Below, one piece after another: positions 48,688-57,156 of a DNA stretch of 64,000 bases. Origin of the DNA: an uncultured bacterium (lineage in GTDB: Bacteria; Patescibacteriota; Doudnabacteria; UBA920); contig CAVVMJ010000003.1 of the NCBI GenBank assembly GCA_963749445.1, positions 128,715-192,714 of the forward strand, written 5' to 3'. The notes below the pieces were generated by a model. It did no database searches. It was not told where the DNA came from and saw nothing but the letters and a program-made list of their open reading frames with translations. The translations under genes were made by a program, and so were the position numbers. The first letter of the stretch is position 1. Each line of letters begins with the position of its first letter.

Positions 48688-48962
48688 AGATTTTTATCAG
48701 GAGCCTCTAATCCAAAAGCCTCTTCCAGAAAATCGTATTCCGCCTTGAGTTTTTCCCGGGCTTCTTCCATTTCTTCTTTTTCCTCGCCTTCGGCTTCAAA
48801 CCATTGGTCGTAGCCGGCCTTGAGCTCGTCGTCAATTTCCTGAAGGCGCGCGTAAGCCTCGGCCTCGCTTTGCGGACCGGAGTCCTGCCATTCTTCGTAG
48901 GTCATCCCCAGGCGCTTTTTGTACTTTTCCTGGTAGAGGTCTTTTATGTCGTCTTGATCCAT
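48684..48962 (-). CDS. Small acidic helical hypothetical protein
   Basis: 92-aa D/E-rich ORF upstream of rsmI. Confidence 0.7.
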   Translation of the reverse strand: MDQDDIKDLYQEKYKKRLGMTYEEWQDSGPQSEAEAYARLQEIDDELKAGYDQWFEAEGEEKEEMEEAREKLKAEYDFLEEAFGLEAPDKNL

Positions 48963-49067
48963 TTACCCGCCTAAATTTTGCCCTAAAAATTGGGCAAGAT
49001 TAATTATTTAGATAACGGTTGTTAATCAAAAGTTTTAGATTCCACGCTGCAAAATTTCGGCAGGTTA
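48962..49067. repeat. ACCCGCC-AAATTT inverted-repeat unit downstream of the GIY-YIG gene
   Basis: tttacccgcctaaattttg...caaaatttcggcaggtta. Confidence 0.75.
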
Positions 49068-49325
49068 GTCTATTCTACTAAAATAATTATGCAGCATTTT
49101 TTCAATCTGGTTCCGTCCCTACCCGGTTTTTAGCCATTGTTCCCGCACAAAGGCATCATGTTTGTCTAAAAAAGCTTCGTAATATATTAAACGGAAAGGT
49201 TTCCTGTTCTTTGTTGATTCTATACCACCTTTATTATGTAATGCAAATCGCTGCTTTAGGTTATTTGTACAGCCGATATATAGCCTGGTATCTTTTAAAC
49301 TTTGTAAGATATATACATAGTGCAT
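49065..49325 (-). pseudogene. GIY-YIG nuclease with in-frame TAG at codon 69
   Basis: MHYVYILQSLKDTRLYIGCTNNL..R..H..YEA..A..RE..LKTG*GRNQIEKMLHNYFSRID; the frame continues past the TAG. Confidence 0.75.
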
Positions 49326-49366
49326 AAGCTAACTTATTTTATCGCAAATTTTGCCCGGCGACAAAT

Positions 49367-49538
49367 TAACCCGCCGAAACTTTACGATGGATTTGTGGAA
49401 GCGAGGGAGAGTTAACAAATTTTTGATGCGGGTTTACCCACCGAAACTTTGCACAATTTATTAAAATTATTTGGTTGTTCAGACAAAATTATCTACTTAG
49501 ACTACCTAAACAACCCTCGCAAAGTTTAGGTGGGTAAA
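49367..49538. repeat. Two tandem ACCCGCC-AAA inverted-repeat units upstream of the GIY-YIG gene
   Basis: aacccgccgaaacttt..aaatttttgatgcgggtt / tacccaccgaaactttg..caaagtttaggtgggta. Confidence 0.75.
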
Positions 49539-49798
49539 GTAAAAACCCCAATCTTGATAGCCCGCCCCGTCAGGGGAATTTGGGCATTGAAAGGGGTCTT
49601 TAAGAAAAGCTAGAAGAAGCTTGTGAGCTATAAGAAGTATCGAAATAAGCCTTATAGCCAACCGCCCTAAAAGTAGGGGTGGTAATCCCGATTTATCGGG
49701 ACAATTGGTTGATAAATTGTTTTTGTTTTTGTTTCTTCTTATGAAGAACTCACTTTTCTATAGGTATTATAGCAGATTTTTTGGAGGTTGTCTAGAGG

Positions 49799-50989
49799 CT
49801 AGTTTGTTTCCGCCAAAGCGCCGCGTCCTGTATTGATGACAATTACCTTACTATTTTTAGCTACCAAACCTTCCCGCCAACGTTTCATGTATAATGCGAG
49901 CCCCGCAGCAGCAGAAGGTTCGGTTGCAATACCAAGCGGCTCGCCTTTCTTTTTTAGAAGGTCATAAGCTTCTTTTATTTCGGCTTCTGATACTTTGTAA
50001 ACGCCTGTTTCAAGATGGGTGTACCCATCTTGTTTAAGTGAAGTAAGTCGATTTGTATCATAATGGATGTAGGGTTTTACAGGGGCTGCAAGTTTGTCGG
50101 CGATGCTGGGGAAACTTTCAGGTTCCGCCCCTAGGATTTTAACGTTACCGACCCGGAAAGATTCAGATTTAATCTGGTTCGCTATTTCTGACTCATCTGA
50201 GGTGTCCAATAAAAATTGCCGATCGACTAAACCTTCAAAGGTCGCCCCGGATCCATACGAATCATATATCTCATTTGGCTGTTCTAAAAATATTTCTTCA
50301 CCCAATACGTAATAGAACATTCTCCAAGGTCTTTCCGGGTCGTCTTCTTGGTTGGCACTGGTTAAGTCAAAGCCGGCATCGTTGTTGGTAAGTTCCATAA
50401 TTTGGCCTGGCTCCAGAGGGCTTTCTTGGGCTGGCATGTCAGTAAAGGCGTTTGAAGAAAGATCAGTTAGATATAAATCTGCCCGCATGGTTTTTAGTTT
50501 TATCAAAGTTTCGGGGGATACGTGTTTATCTAGCAATAGCTTTGGCGGAGGTAATTCAAAAGCTTCAAATGCGTTTGCCAGCGCTCTGCCGGCATTACCG
50601 GCGGTGATGATGGAAAAACGGGGCAGGTATTTAGTTTTGAGTTTTTCCTCATAACTTGGATCGTTGGCTAAGGTTTCCAGATAGAAGCGGGCTTTGTCTC
50701 GGTAAACACCAGCGCAGGCTCGGGCCATCCTATCTTTCATAGTTCCAGTAGGATTTACCGATTGGTCCCCTTCATTTTTTATAAATATTTTGCCAAAGCC
50801 ATCTTGAGACAGATCAAGTTCAACCAGAGGGGTTTTTGTCCCTTCCGATTCCAGGCCAACAGGGATTTCTTTAGCCCATCTTTGTGCCAGCTCCCTGGAC
50901 CAGAATTGTGGATAAGGAATTTCTTGCACAATTTCGCGTTTTGATTGCCAATTGGCTTCGCCAATTGGAAAATCTTTTATTTCTGTCAT
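49799..50989 (-). CDS. PLP-dependent fold type II (threonine/cysteine synthase-like) enzyme
   Basis: TPL, KNE..NPTGTMKDR, TAGNAG, YGSG, EPSAAAGLA, INTG. Confidence 0.8.
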   Translation of the reverse strand: MTEIKDFPIGEANWQSKREIVQEIPYPQFWSRELAQRWAKEIPVGLESEGTKTPLVELDLSQDGFGKIFIKNEGDQSVNPTGTMKDRMARACAGVYRDKARFYLETLANDPSYEEKLKTKYLPRFSIITAGNAGRALANAFEAFELPPPKLLLDKHVSPETLIKLKTMRADLYLTDLSSNAFTDMPAQESPLEPGQIMELTNNDAGFDLTSANQEDDPERPWRMFYYVLGEEIFLEQPNEIYDSYGSGATFEGLVDRQFLLDTSDESEIANQIKSESFRVGNVKILGAEPESFPSIADKLAAPVKPYIHYDTNRLTSLKQDGYTHLETGVYKVSEAEIKEAYDLLKKKGEPLGIATEPSAAAGLALYMKRWREGLVAKNSKVIVINTGRGALAETN

Positions 50990-50993
50990 AAAG

Positions 50994-51539
50994 TTAGAGT
51001 TTTTTATAGTATAGCAACAAACTGCCATGTTTGTTGAGCTTTTTTACGGAGATAAGTTTGAATTTTGTATTTAGATCAATATCGCTCGCAAACAAATCTA
51101 TCCCTCCCCCAAAAACGATTGGCTCAATGGTTAAATAAAGTTCATTAAGCAAATTGTTTTGCAAACAATAAGTATAGGTTTGCGCTCCGCCGAGGATGGC
51201 GACGGTTTTGTATTTTAGTTCGCGGATGAGTTTTTTTATATCTGATTTTTGCGGGTTGACATATAAAAGGTTTGTTTGCAACCTCTCTGCCCTTCGGGCA
51301 TCTTCCCTCGCCAGGGGAGAAGGCTCCGCGGTTTTGCTAAGAACTATGCAGTTGCGCTTGGATAGCGGCTTTATTGCCGTCTTGTAAGTGTTGTTGCCAA
51401 CGATTATGCAGTCGCATTTGTCCAGCAGCGCGCGCATAAAGAGCTTGTCTTCTTTGCTGGTCCAATCACTCGGATGGTTTGGGCCTTTGGCGATTTTGCC
51501 GTCCAGGGTTATGGCGGCAATGGCGATGTATTTGGACAT
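50994..51539 (-). CDS. Dihydrofolate reductase / RibD C-terminal family protein with in-frame insertion
   Basis: AAITLDGKIA, VGNNTY, PLSKRNCIVLS, LGGAQTY, TIEPIVFGGG. Confidence 0.85.
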   Translation of the reverse strand: MSKYIAIAAITLDGKIAKGPNHPSDWTSKEDKLFMRALLDKCDCIIVGNNTYKTAIKPLSKRNCIVLSKTAEPSPLAREDARRAERLQTNLLYVNPQKSDIKKLIRELKYKTVAILGGAQTYTYCLQNNLLNELYLTIEPIVFGGGIDLFASDIDLNTKFKLISVKKLNKHGSLLLYYKKL

Positions 51540-51540
51540 G

Positions 51541-51645
51541 GTAATTGGTTATTGGGTTTGGCGGCCAGTATGGGTGTAGGTTTTTGGTTGTAAGTGACTT
51601 AATACCAAAACCTTAAGACCGTACAGGCCGCCACACCTTATACCC
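51541..51645. repeat. ~105-bp periodic palindrome
   Basis: Inverted relative of 48581-48687; fills the whole intergenic gap. Confidence 0.85.
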
Positions 51646-52370
51646 TAAGACTTTTTAAAGATTTTTAATAGAGGGTAATATAAGTCTTTCTTTGGTTCAA
51701 TCACCAGCTTGCGATGGGTGCTGTGATTGGTAAACTTGATAAATTTCGCGCCGCGCAAAACCATCATCGGGGTTTTTTCGTTCCCCTCCCCCATCAGCAA
51801 GACAGCCATGTTGGATATGCTGTCCACGATGTTGCTTTGGGTGTATTTTAACTTGCGGCCGAAAATATCTTTTTTGCCGCGGTAGTCAAATAATGGCTCT
51901 AATCCGAAAAACCCTATGGATATCCCCTGCGTCCCCCACCGAAGCGGTGTGGTGTGGCTGTCGGTAATTGCCACCGCAAGTTTTTTTATTTTAAACTTCT
52001 TTTTTAAATATTTACAAATTTTTTTGGCCGCCTGGGTGGAATTCTTTGGCCAAAGGATGTCGTAGCCATTGCCGTTGCTCTCGTCAATCCCGGCTGAAGG
52101 AATTAGGGTGTAATCTTTAATTGTCAAAACTATATCCAATCCGTTAAGCACCCTTTTTGGCAGCGAATAATCCGCCTCTTGTTTTATAAGTTTTAGTTTT
52201 TCCCGATGATCATCTAATTTAACACAACGTCCTTGATGTATGGCCAAAATTTTGGACGTAACAAACAAAACGTCACCTTCTTTTAAGTGCGGCAGATGTT
52301 TGTCCATCAACCCAAAAATATCATCCTTGGGCGGTAAAAACTCCCGGGTTTTTATTGGCATAAATTGCAT
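51645..52370 (-). CDS. CofE/F420-0:gamma-glutamyl ligase family protein (probable folate gamma-glutamate ligase)
   Basis: SKILAIHQGR, PSAGIDESN, ITDSHTTPLRWG, DIFGR, MGEG.E.TP; adjacent to the DHFR-family gene. Confidence 0.85.
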   Translation of the reverse strand: MQFMPIKTREFLPPKDDIFGLMDKHLPHLKEGDVLFVTSKILAIHQGRCVKLDDHREKLKLIKQEADYSLPKRVLNGLDIVLTIKDYTLIPSAGIDESNGNGYDILWPKNSTQAAKKICKYLKKKFKIKKLAVAITDSHTTPLRWGTQGISIGFFGLEPLFDYRGKKDIFGRKLKYTQSNIVDSISNMAVLLMGEGNEKTPMMVLRGAKFIKFTNHSTHRKLVIEPKKDLYYPLLKIFKKS

Positions 52371-52392
52371 ATATCGTATTTTATCAGAACTG

Positions 52393-52421
52393 TTGATACT
52401 TTAACAGCTTTAAATTATAAT
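52393..52421 (+). promoter_or_regulatory. tRNA promoter
   Basis: TTGATA-17-TATAAT ending 11 nt before the tRNA. Confidence 0.75.
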
Positions 52422-52432
52422 AAGGAAGATTT

Positions 52433-52507
52433 GGGCGCATAGCTCAGCGGTAGAGCAATCGTCTTATACACGATCGGCCCTAGGTTCGAATCCTAGTGCG
52501 CCCACCA
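52433..52507 (+). tRNA. tRNA-Ile (anticodon UAU), encoded CCA
   Basis: Cloverleaf: GGGCGCA/TGCGCCC acceptor, GCTC/GAGC D stem, ATCGT-CTTATAC-ACGAT anticodon arm, CTAGG-TTCGAAT-CCTAG T arm, ACCA. Confidence 0.92.
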
Positions 52508-52508
52508 A

Positions 52509-52534
52509 AAAACTCCGGCAGGTACCGGAGTTTT
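52509..52534. terminator. Terminator after the tRNA
   Basis: aaaactccgg-caggta-ccggagtttt. Confidence 0.8.
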
Positions 52535-52547
52535 CGTATGACAGGAT

Positions 52548-52850
52548 TTATTTGAAAAATATATACCAGTCGGGGAATCTAACGAAGTCATAGAGCATGG
52601 CTGCCAGCAGGAAAGAAACTATCATTAGCACGGAAGGATGGGTTAGTCTTTGGGTTTTTACAGCAACGGCCATGGTTATGATCAATAGCACCAAATAAAC
52701 AAGCCAGTGGTGCAGGTGTACGTTGTAGCCGGATAGCTTAACAATTAAACTTGGCGTAATGGTTGCAATATTTTTATAAGGTGTGGTGCCCAGCTTTTCC
52801 CAAGTTAAGCCGCTGATAAGTCCGATAAAGATTGCAAGCAATTGGTACAT
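52548..52850 (-). CDS. Small membrane protein
   Basis: Three hydrophobic segments with an HLHHW motif. Confidence 0.65.
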   Translation of the reverse strand: MYQLLAIFIGLISGLTWEKLGTTPYKNIATITPSLIVKLSGYNVHLHHWLVYLVLLIITMAVAVKTQRLTHPSVLMIVSFLLAAMLYDFVRFPDWYIFFK

Positions 52851-52854
52851 AGTG

Positions 52855-55323
52855 CTAAATTATTGTCGCGCTAGCCACTTTATCTCCTTCTTCCAGCCTC
52901 ATTACCCGCACGCCTTGCGTAGCGCGGCCTAAGGTGGAGACGGAGTTTAAGGGCAGGCGGATGGTTTGGCCGGATTTGGAAATTATGACCAGGTCGTGTT
53001 CTTCCGAGGAGTTTAAAATATACATAGAAACGATTTTTCCGGTCTTGGGCGTAACTTTAAGCGTCTTAATCCCGCTGCCGGCGCGTTTTTGGATTTTGTA
53101 ATAAGCGGCTTCGGTTTTTTTGCCCAGGCCGTTTTCCGTAACCACCAAAACTTCCAAATTTTTAACGTCAACCGATTTTTTAATTACGTCCATACTAATA
53201 ATCAGGTCGCCTTTTTTCAGCCGCATGCCGGTAACGCCACTGGCGTTTCTGCCCATGGCGCGCACGTCTTTTTCGTTAAAGCGGATGGCCTGGCCGTTTT
53301 CCGTGGACAGCATAATTTGGTCTTCGCCCGAGCTTTCTTCCACCCACTTGAGCTCGTCGTCGCCTTTTAAGGAGATGGCAATCATCCCGCTTTTGCGGAC
53401 TTTGGCGAATTCTTCCAAGGACGTTTTTTTAATCAGGCCTTTTTTGGTGGCCATGACCAAAAATTTGGCCGCGGTTTTTTTGCCCATGGTCAATACCGCG
53501 GTGGCGACTTCCCCGCCGCCCAGCTGCAAAAAGTTCACCAAAGCCTGGCCTTTGGACACGCGCGAGCCTTCCGGCAGTTCGTAAACTTTGGTCAAAAACA
53601 CGCGGCCTTTGTTGGTAAAGAACAAAATGTCGTCGTGGGTGTTGGAAGATAATCATTTTTTCCACCACGTCTTCTTCCTTTAAGGTCTGGCCGATTACGC
53701 CCTTGCCGCCGCGCGACTGGCTTTTGTAGGTGTCCGGCGCCAGGCGCTTGACATAGCCGGATTTGGTGATGGTAATAATTACGTTTTCTTCGGGAATTAA
53801 ATCTTCGGCGCAAAAGGTGCCGACCGCGCTTTTGACGACTGGGTTTTGCGCTCGTCGCCAAAGCGCGCTTTCATATCTTCCACTTCTTTTTTGATGATCC
53901 CCAAAATTTTCTTTTTGGACTGTAAAATGCCTTCCAGTTCCTCAATCAACATATTTCTTTTCCTTGAGCTCGTCGTCAATTTTTTTGCGCTCCAGCCCGG
54001 CCAGGGTCTGCAAACGCATTTCCAAAATCGCGTCGGCCTGGATGTCGGTGAATTTGAATTTTTTGATTAAATTAACCTTGGCTTCTTCCTTGGTCGGGCA
54101 TTTTGTTGATGGTGTTGATGACCTCGTCAATGTGGTCCAAAGCTTTTTTTAAGCCTTCCAAAATATGCGCGCGCTCTTTGGCTTTTTTGAGCTCAAATTC
54201 CGTGCGGCGGCGGATGACGATTTGCCGGTGCTCCAGATATTTTTCCAGCACGGTTTTTAAGTTCAGCACGTGCGGCTGCAATGCCGTCCACCAAAGCCAG
54301 CATGTTCATGTGGAAAGTTTCCTGCAGCTGGGTGTAGGAAAACAGCTGGTTTAAGATTTTGTTCGGCATGGCGTCTTTTTTAAGGTCAACCACAATTCTG
54401 ACACCGTCTTTGTCGCTCTCGTCGCGCACGTCCCTGATGCCTTCAATTTTTTTGTCGCGCACCAGTTCCGCGATTTTTTCCAAGAGGGTGGCTTTGTTGA
54501 CGCGGTACGGGATTTCATGGACCAAAATCCTAAAGCCGCCGGTTTTGGTTTCCACAATTTCGGTTTTGGCGCGCATGACCATGCTGCCCTTGCCCGTGGC
54601 ATAAGCGTTTTTGATGGCCGCGACATCATAAATAATGCCGCCGGTGGGGAAATCCGGACCTTTGATGAATTCCATTAAGTCTTCGCTGGCGACTTCGGGA
54701 TCATCAATCAATTTAACAATGGCGTCGCAGACTTCGGTTAAATTATGGGGAGGGATATCGGTTGCCATGCCCACGGCAATGCCTAGAGTGCCGTTTAAAA
54801 GCAGATTGGGCAGTTTGCCGGGCAAAACGAATGGTTCTTTGCGCGTGGCGTCATAGTTGTCGCGCCAGTCCACGGTTTCCTTATCTAGATCCACCAATAA
54901 TTCTTCGGCCAAGGCTGACATCCGCGCTTCGGTATAACGCATGGCCGCGGCGCCGTCGCCATCCATACTGCCAAAATTTCCCTGCCCTTCAATTAACGGA
55001 TAGCGCAAAGAAAAGGTCTGCGCCATATGTACCATACTGTCGTACACGGCCATATCGCCGTGCGGGTGGTACTTGCCGAGCACATCGCCGACTACGGCCG
55101 CGGATTTGCGGAATTTGACGTTGTGGCGCAGTCCCATTTCGTGCATCACATACAAAATGCGGCGGTGCACGGGCTTAAGCCCGTCCCTTACGTCGGGCAG
55201 GGCGCGGGAGACAATTACGCTCATGGCGTAGTCCAAATAGGACTCCTGCATTTCCCGTTCCAAAAAGCGCGGCTTAACTTCGCCGACTTCGCTGGTTACG
55301 GGTTTTGATGCGTCTTTGGGCAT
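52855..55323 (-). CDS. gyrA: DNA gyrase subunit A; several frameshifts between ~53650 and 54290
   Basis: [38 protein letters not shown]; GyrA-box variant QSRGGKG near 53700-53720; C-terminal pinwheel repeats. Confidence 0.95.
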
Positions 55324-55328
55324 AAGGG

Positions 55329-55435
55329 AATTGAGCAAAATTAAATAAAATTGACATAATTGAACATAATTGACGAATTTATAATCTGCGGTTTGGCAAT
55401 TATGGCAATTATTTAAATTATGTCAATTTTGTCAT
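55329..55435. repeat. 9-mer periodic palindrome upstream of gyrA
   Basis: aattgacataattgaacataattgac...aattatggcaatt..aattatgtcaattttgtc. Confidence 0.65.
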
Positions 55436-55635
55436 TTCTTGTAATTATCTTGTAAATCTTTCACTCCTTTGCCGAGGGTGTCAAATAAAGTTGTGTCTTT
55501 GGGCAGGCTGCGGCTGTAGCGGGACAAAATTATCCATAACGCGAGCAGAACCACGGCGGCGACTATAATTGTAATCCAAATTAGCCGGATTTTTTGTTCC
55601 TGGGGTTTTTGCCGGATTTTTTCTATCCAATTCAT
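55432..55635 (-). CDS. Small single-TM protein
   Basis: MNWIEKIRQKP..RLIWITIIV..W. Confidence 0.65.
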   Translation of the reverse strand: MNWIEKIRQKPQEQKIRLIWITIIVAAVVLLALWIILSRYSRSLPKDTTLFDTLGKGVKDLQDNYKK

Positions 55636-55752
55636 AGGTAGTAATCTCAAATATACAAATCAACACAAATATACAAATGTAAACTGCTAATTTTAGAAAG
55701 AATGCTTAATATCGGATTTGTATATTTGTCAAAATTTGTTTATTTGCGAATA

Positions 55753-56378
55753 CTACCTTAAAGGTTCCAACACGACTACTTTTGTCCCCTCTTCCGGCAA
55801 ATCTTTCTTTTTAACCGTGAGTTTTTCCATTTCCTCTTTTTTGCCGCCCATTTCTTTGATGAATTTATCCATTGCGTCCACGTCAATAATCAGGCCTGGC
55901 ATTTTATAATGTGATGGGATAACTATTTTTGGCTCAATCTCATTAACCACTTTGGAGGCGCCGGAAGCCGACATTACGGTATTGCCGCCCACGGGCAGGA
56001 TTAAAATATCAATTTCGCCCAAAGCCTCAATTTCATCCTCGCTCATATTAAAATCTTTAATGTGAGTGAGGTTAAGGATGCGCATATCTTCGCTTTCAAT
56101 GAGAAAAACGGTAACGTATTTGTCTTCCTGCTTCAGCGGGATGCCGGTTATGGTGACGCTTTTGATGTCGTATTCGCCCGGGTCAAAAATTTCAAACGGC
56201 TCGCCGGAAATGCCGGAAACCGCCGAATACAAGCTTTCTTTTTTTCGGCTAAAACCAAAATATCCGCCGCTCCCCGGGGAGGGGTTAGGCCGGAATCCTT
56301 ATGGAACGGGTCGGTGATGATTGTGGCTTCTTTAGTGGTGATTTTAAAGCTCGATAGACCGAAATATTGAATCTGCAT
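55753..56378 (-). CDS. MBL-fold metallo-hydrolase-like protein; frameshift at the T-run near 56240
   Basis: IQYFGLSSFKI..ITDPF; PGEYDIK, DILILPVGG, EPKIVIPSHY. Confidence 0.85.
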
Positions 56379-56465
56379 ATGGATAAATTATAGCTGATTT
56401 TGCGGAAAAAGAAAAGGGCTTTGGGCCTTGTTTTTTTATCGAATTTATGTTAAATTCCTGCCGAG

Positions 56466-56816
56466 GTGAGAAAGATGAAGAGAGCGTTGGTTGGATTGTT
56501 CTTGATGGTGGCAATTCTGGTGGCCGTCCCTGTCCTGGCCGTTGAGTTGTTGCCTGTTATTGCCGCGGAGGATCAAATCCAATGTGGCAAGTATCTGGTT
56601 AAGACCGCCGATGGAGATTGGCGGGTTAAGGTAAAGGGGGATAATGGGGATTATCCGCTTGTTCTCAAAAGTGGTGATCTCTGGTTGGAGATCGTCCTTG
56701 GCCAAAAACAGACCCAGCTTGCTTGGGATGGAGCGGTTCATCGTTTTTGGCCGACTGCCGAGGAAACCGCTGATGCCTGTGTGGCGGCAATCCCGAAGTA
56801 CGAAAAGAAGAAGTAA
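56466..56816 (+). CDS. Secreted hypothetical protein
   Basis: Signal peptide ending VPVLA; followed by a hairpin and T-tract. Confidence 0.6.
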   Translation: MRKMKRALVGLFLMVAILVAVPVLAVELLPVIAAEDQIQCGKYLVKTADGDWRVKVKGDNGDYPLVLKSGDLWLEIVLGQKQTQLAWDGAVHRFWPTAEETADACVAAIPKYEKKK

Positions 56817-57028
56817 TACGTCACTTTGGGATGCGGGGGCGGTGCCTGTGGCCGCCCTTGCTTTTTTTATACAAATTGTTATAATGCCAGTGCTTATTTG
56901 ATTAGTGCCGCGAGGATTTAATTTAAAAAATAACCCCAAATAAGCCTTTGAATCGCGACACTTTTAACAATTAACCAATTTGATACGTTTTTAATTGACC
57001 CAACGATTAAGCGTTGGTTTTTGTTTTT

Positions 57029-57117
57029 TGAAATTGCGAGGAGCCCCGACTGCATCGGAGGGGCGACGTGGCAATCCCTTAATCAGTGGGATTGCTTCGG
57101 CTGCACTCGCAATTTCA
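57029..57117. repeat. TTGCGAG-family palindrome in the rpsA leader
   Basis: tgaaattgcgagg..gcaatccc..gggattgcttcggctgcactcgcaatttca. Confidence 0.85.
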
Positions 57118-57156
57118 CAATTAGATATCAATCGGTTAAAAAAGGAAAATTAATTT

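Noticed and set aside
49119-49121. Stop-codon reassignment (TAG or TGA read-through)
   Set aside because: TAG ends rpmH and yidC and TGA ends tsaE at the expected lengths; long genes translate fully in code 11.
52855-55323. Naturally split gyrA, intein or intron
   Set aside because: The fragments are colinear and joined by single-base indels, with no inserted domain.
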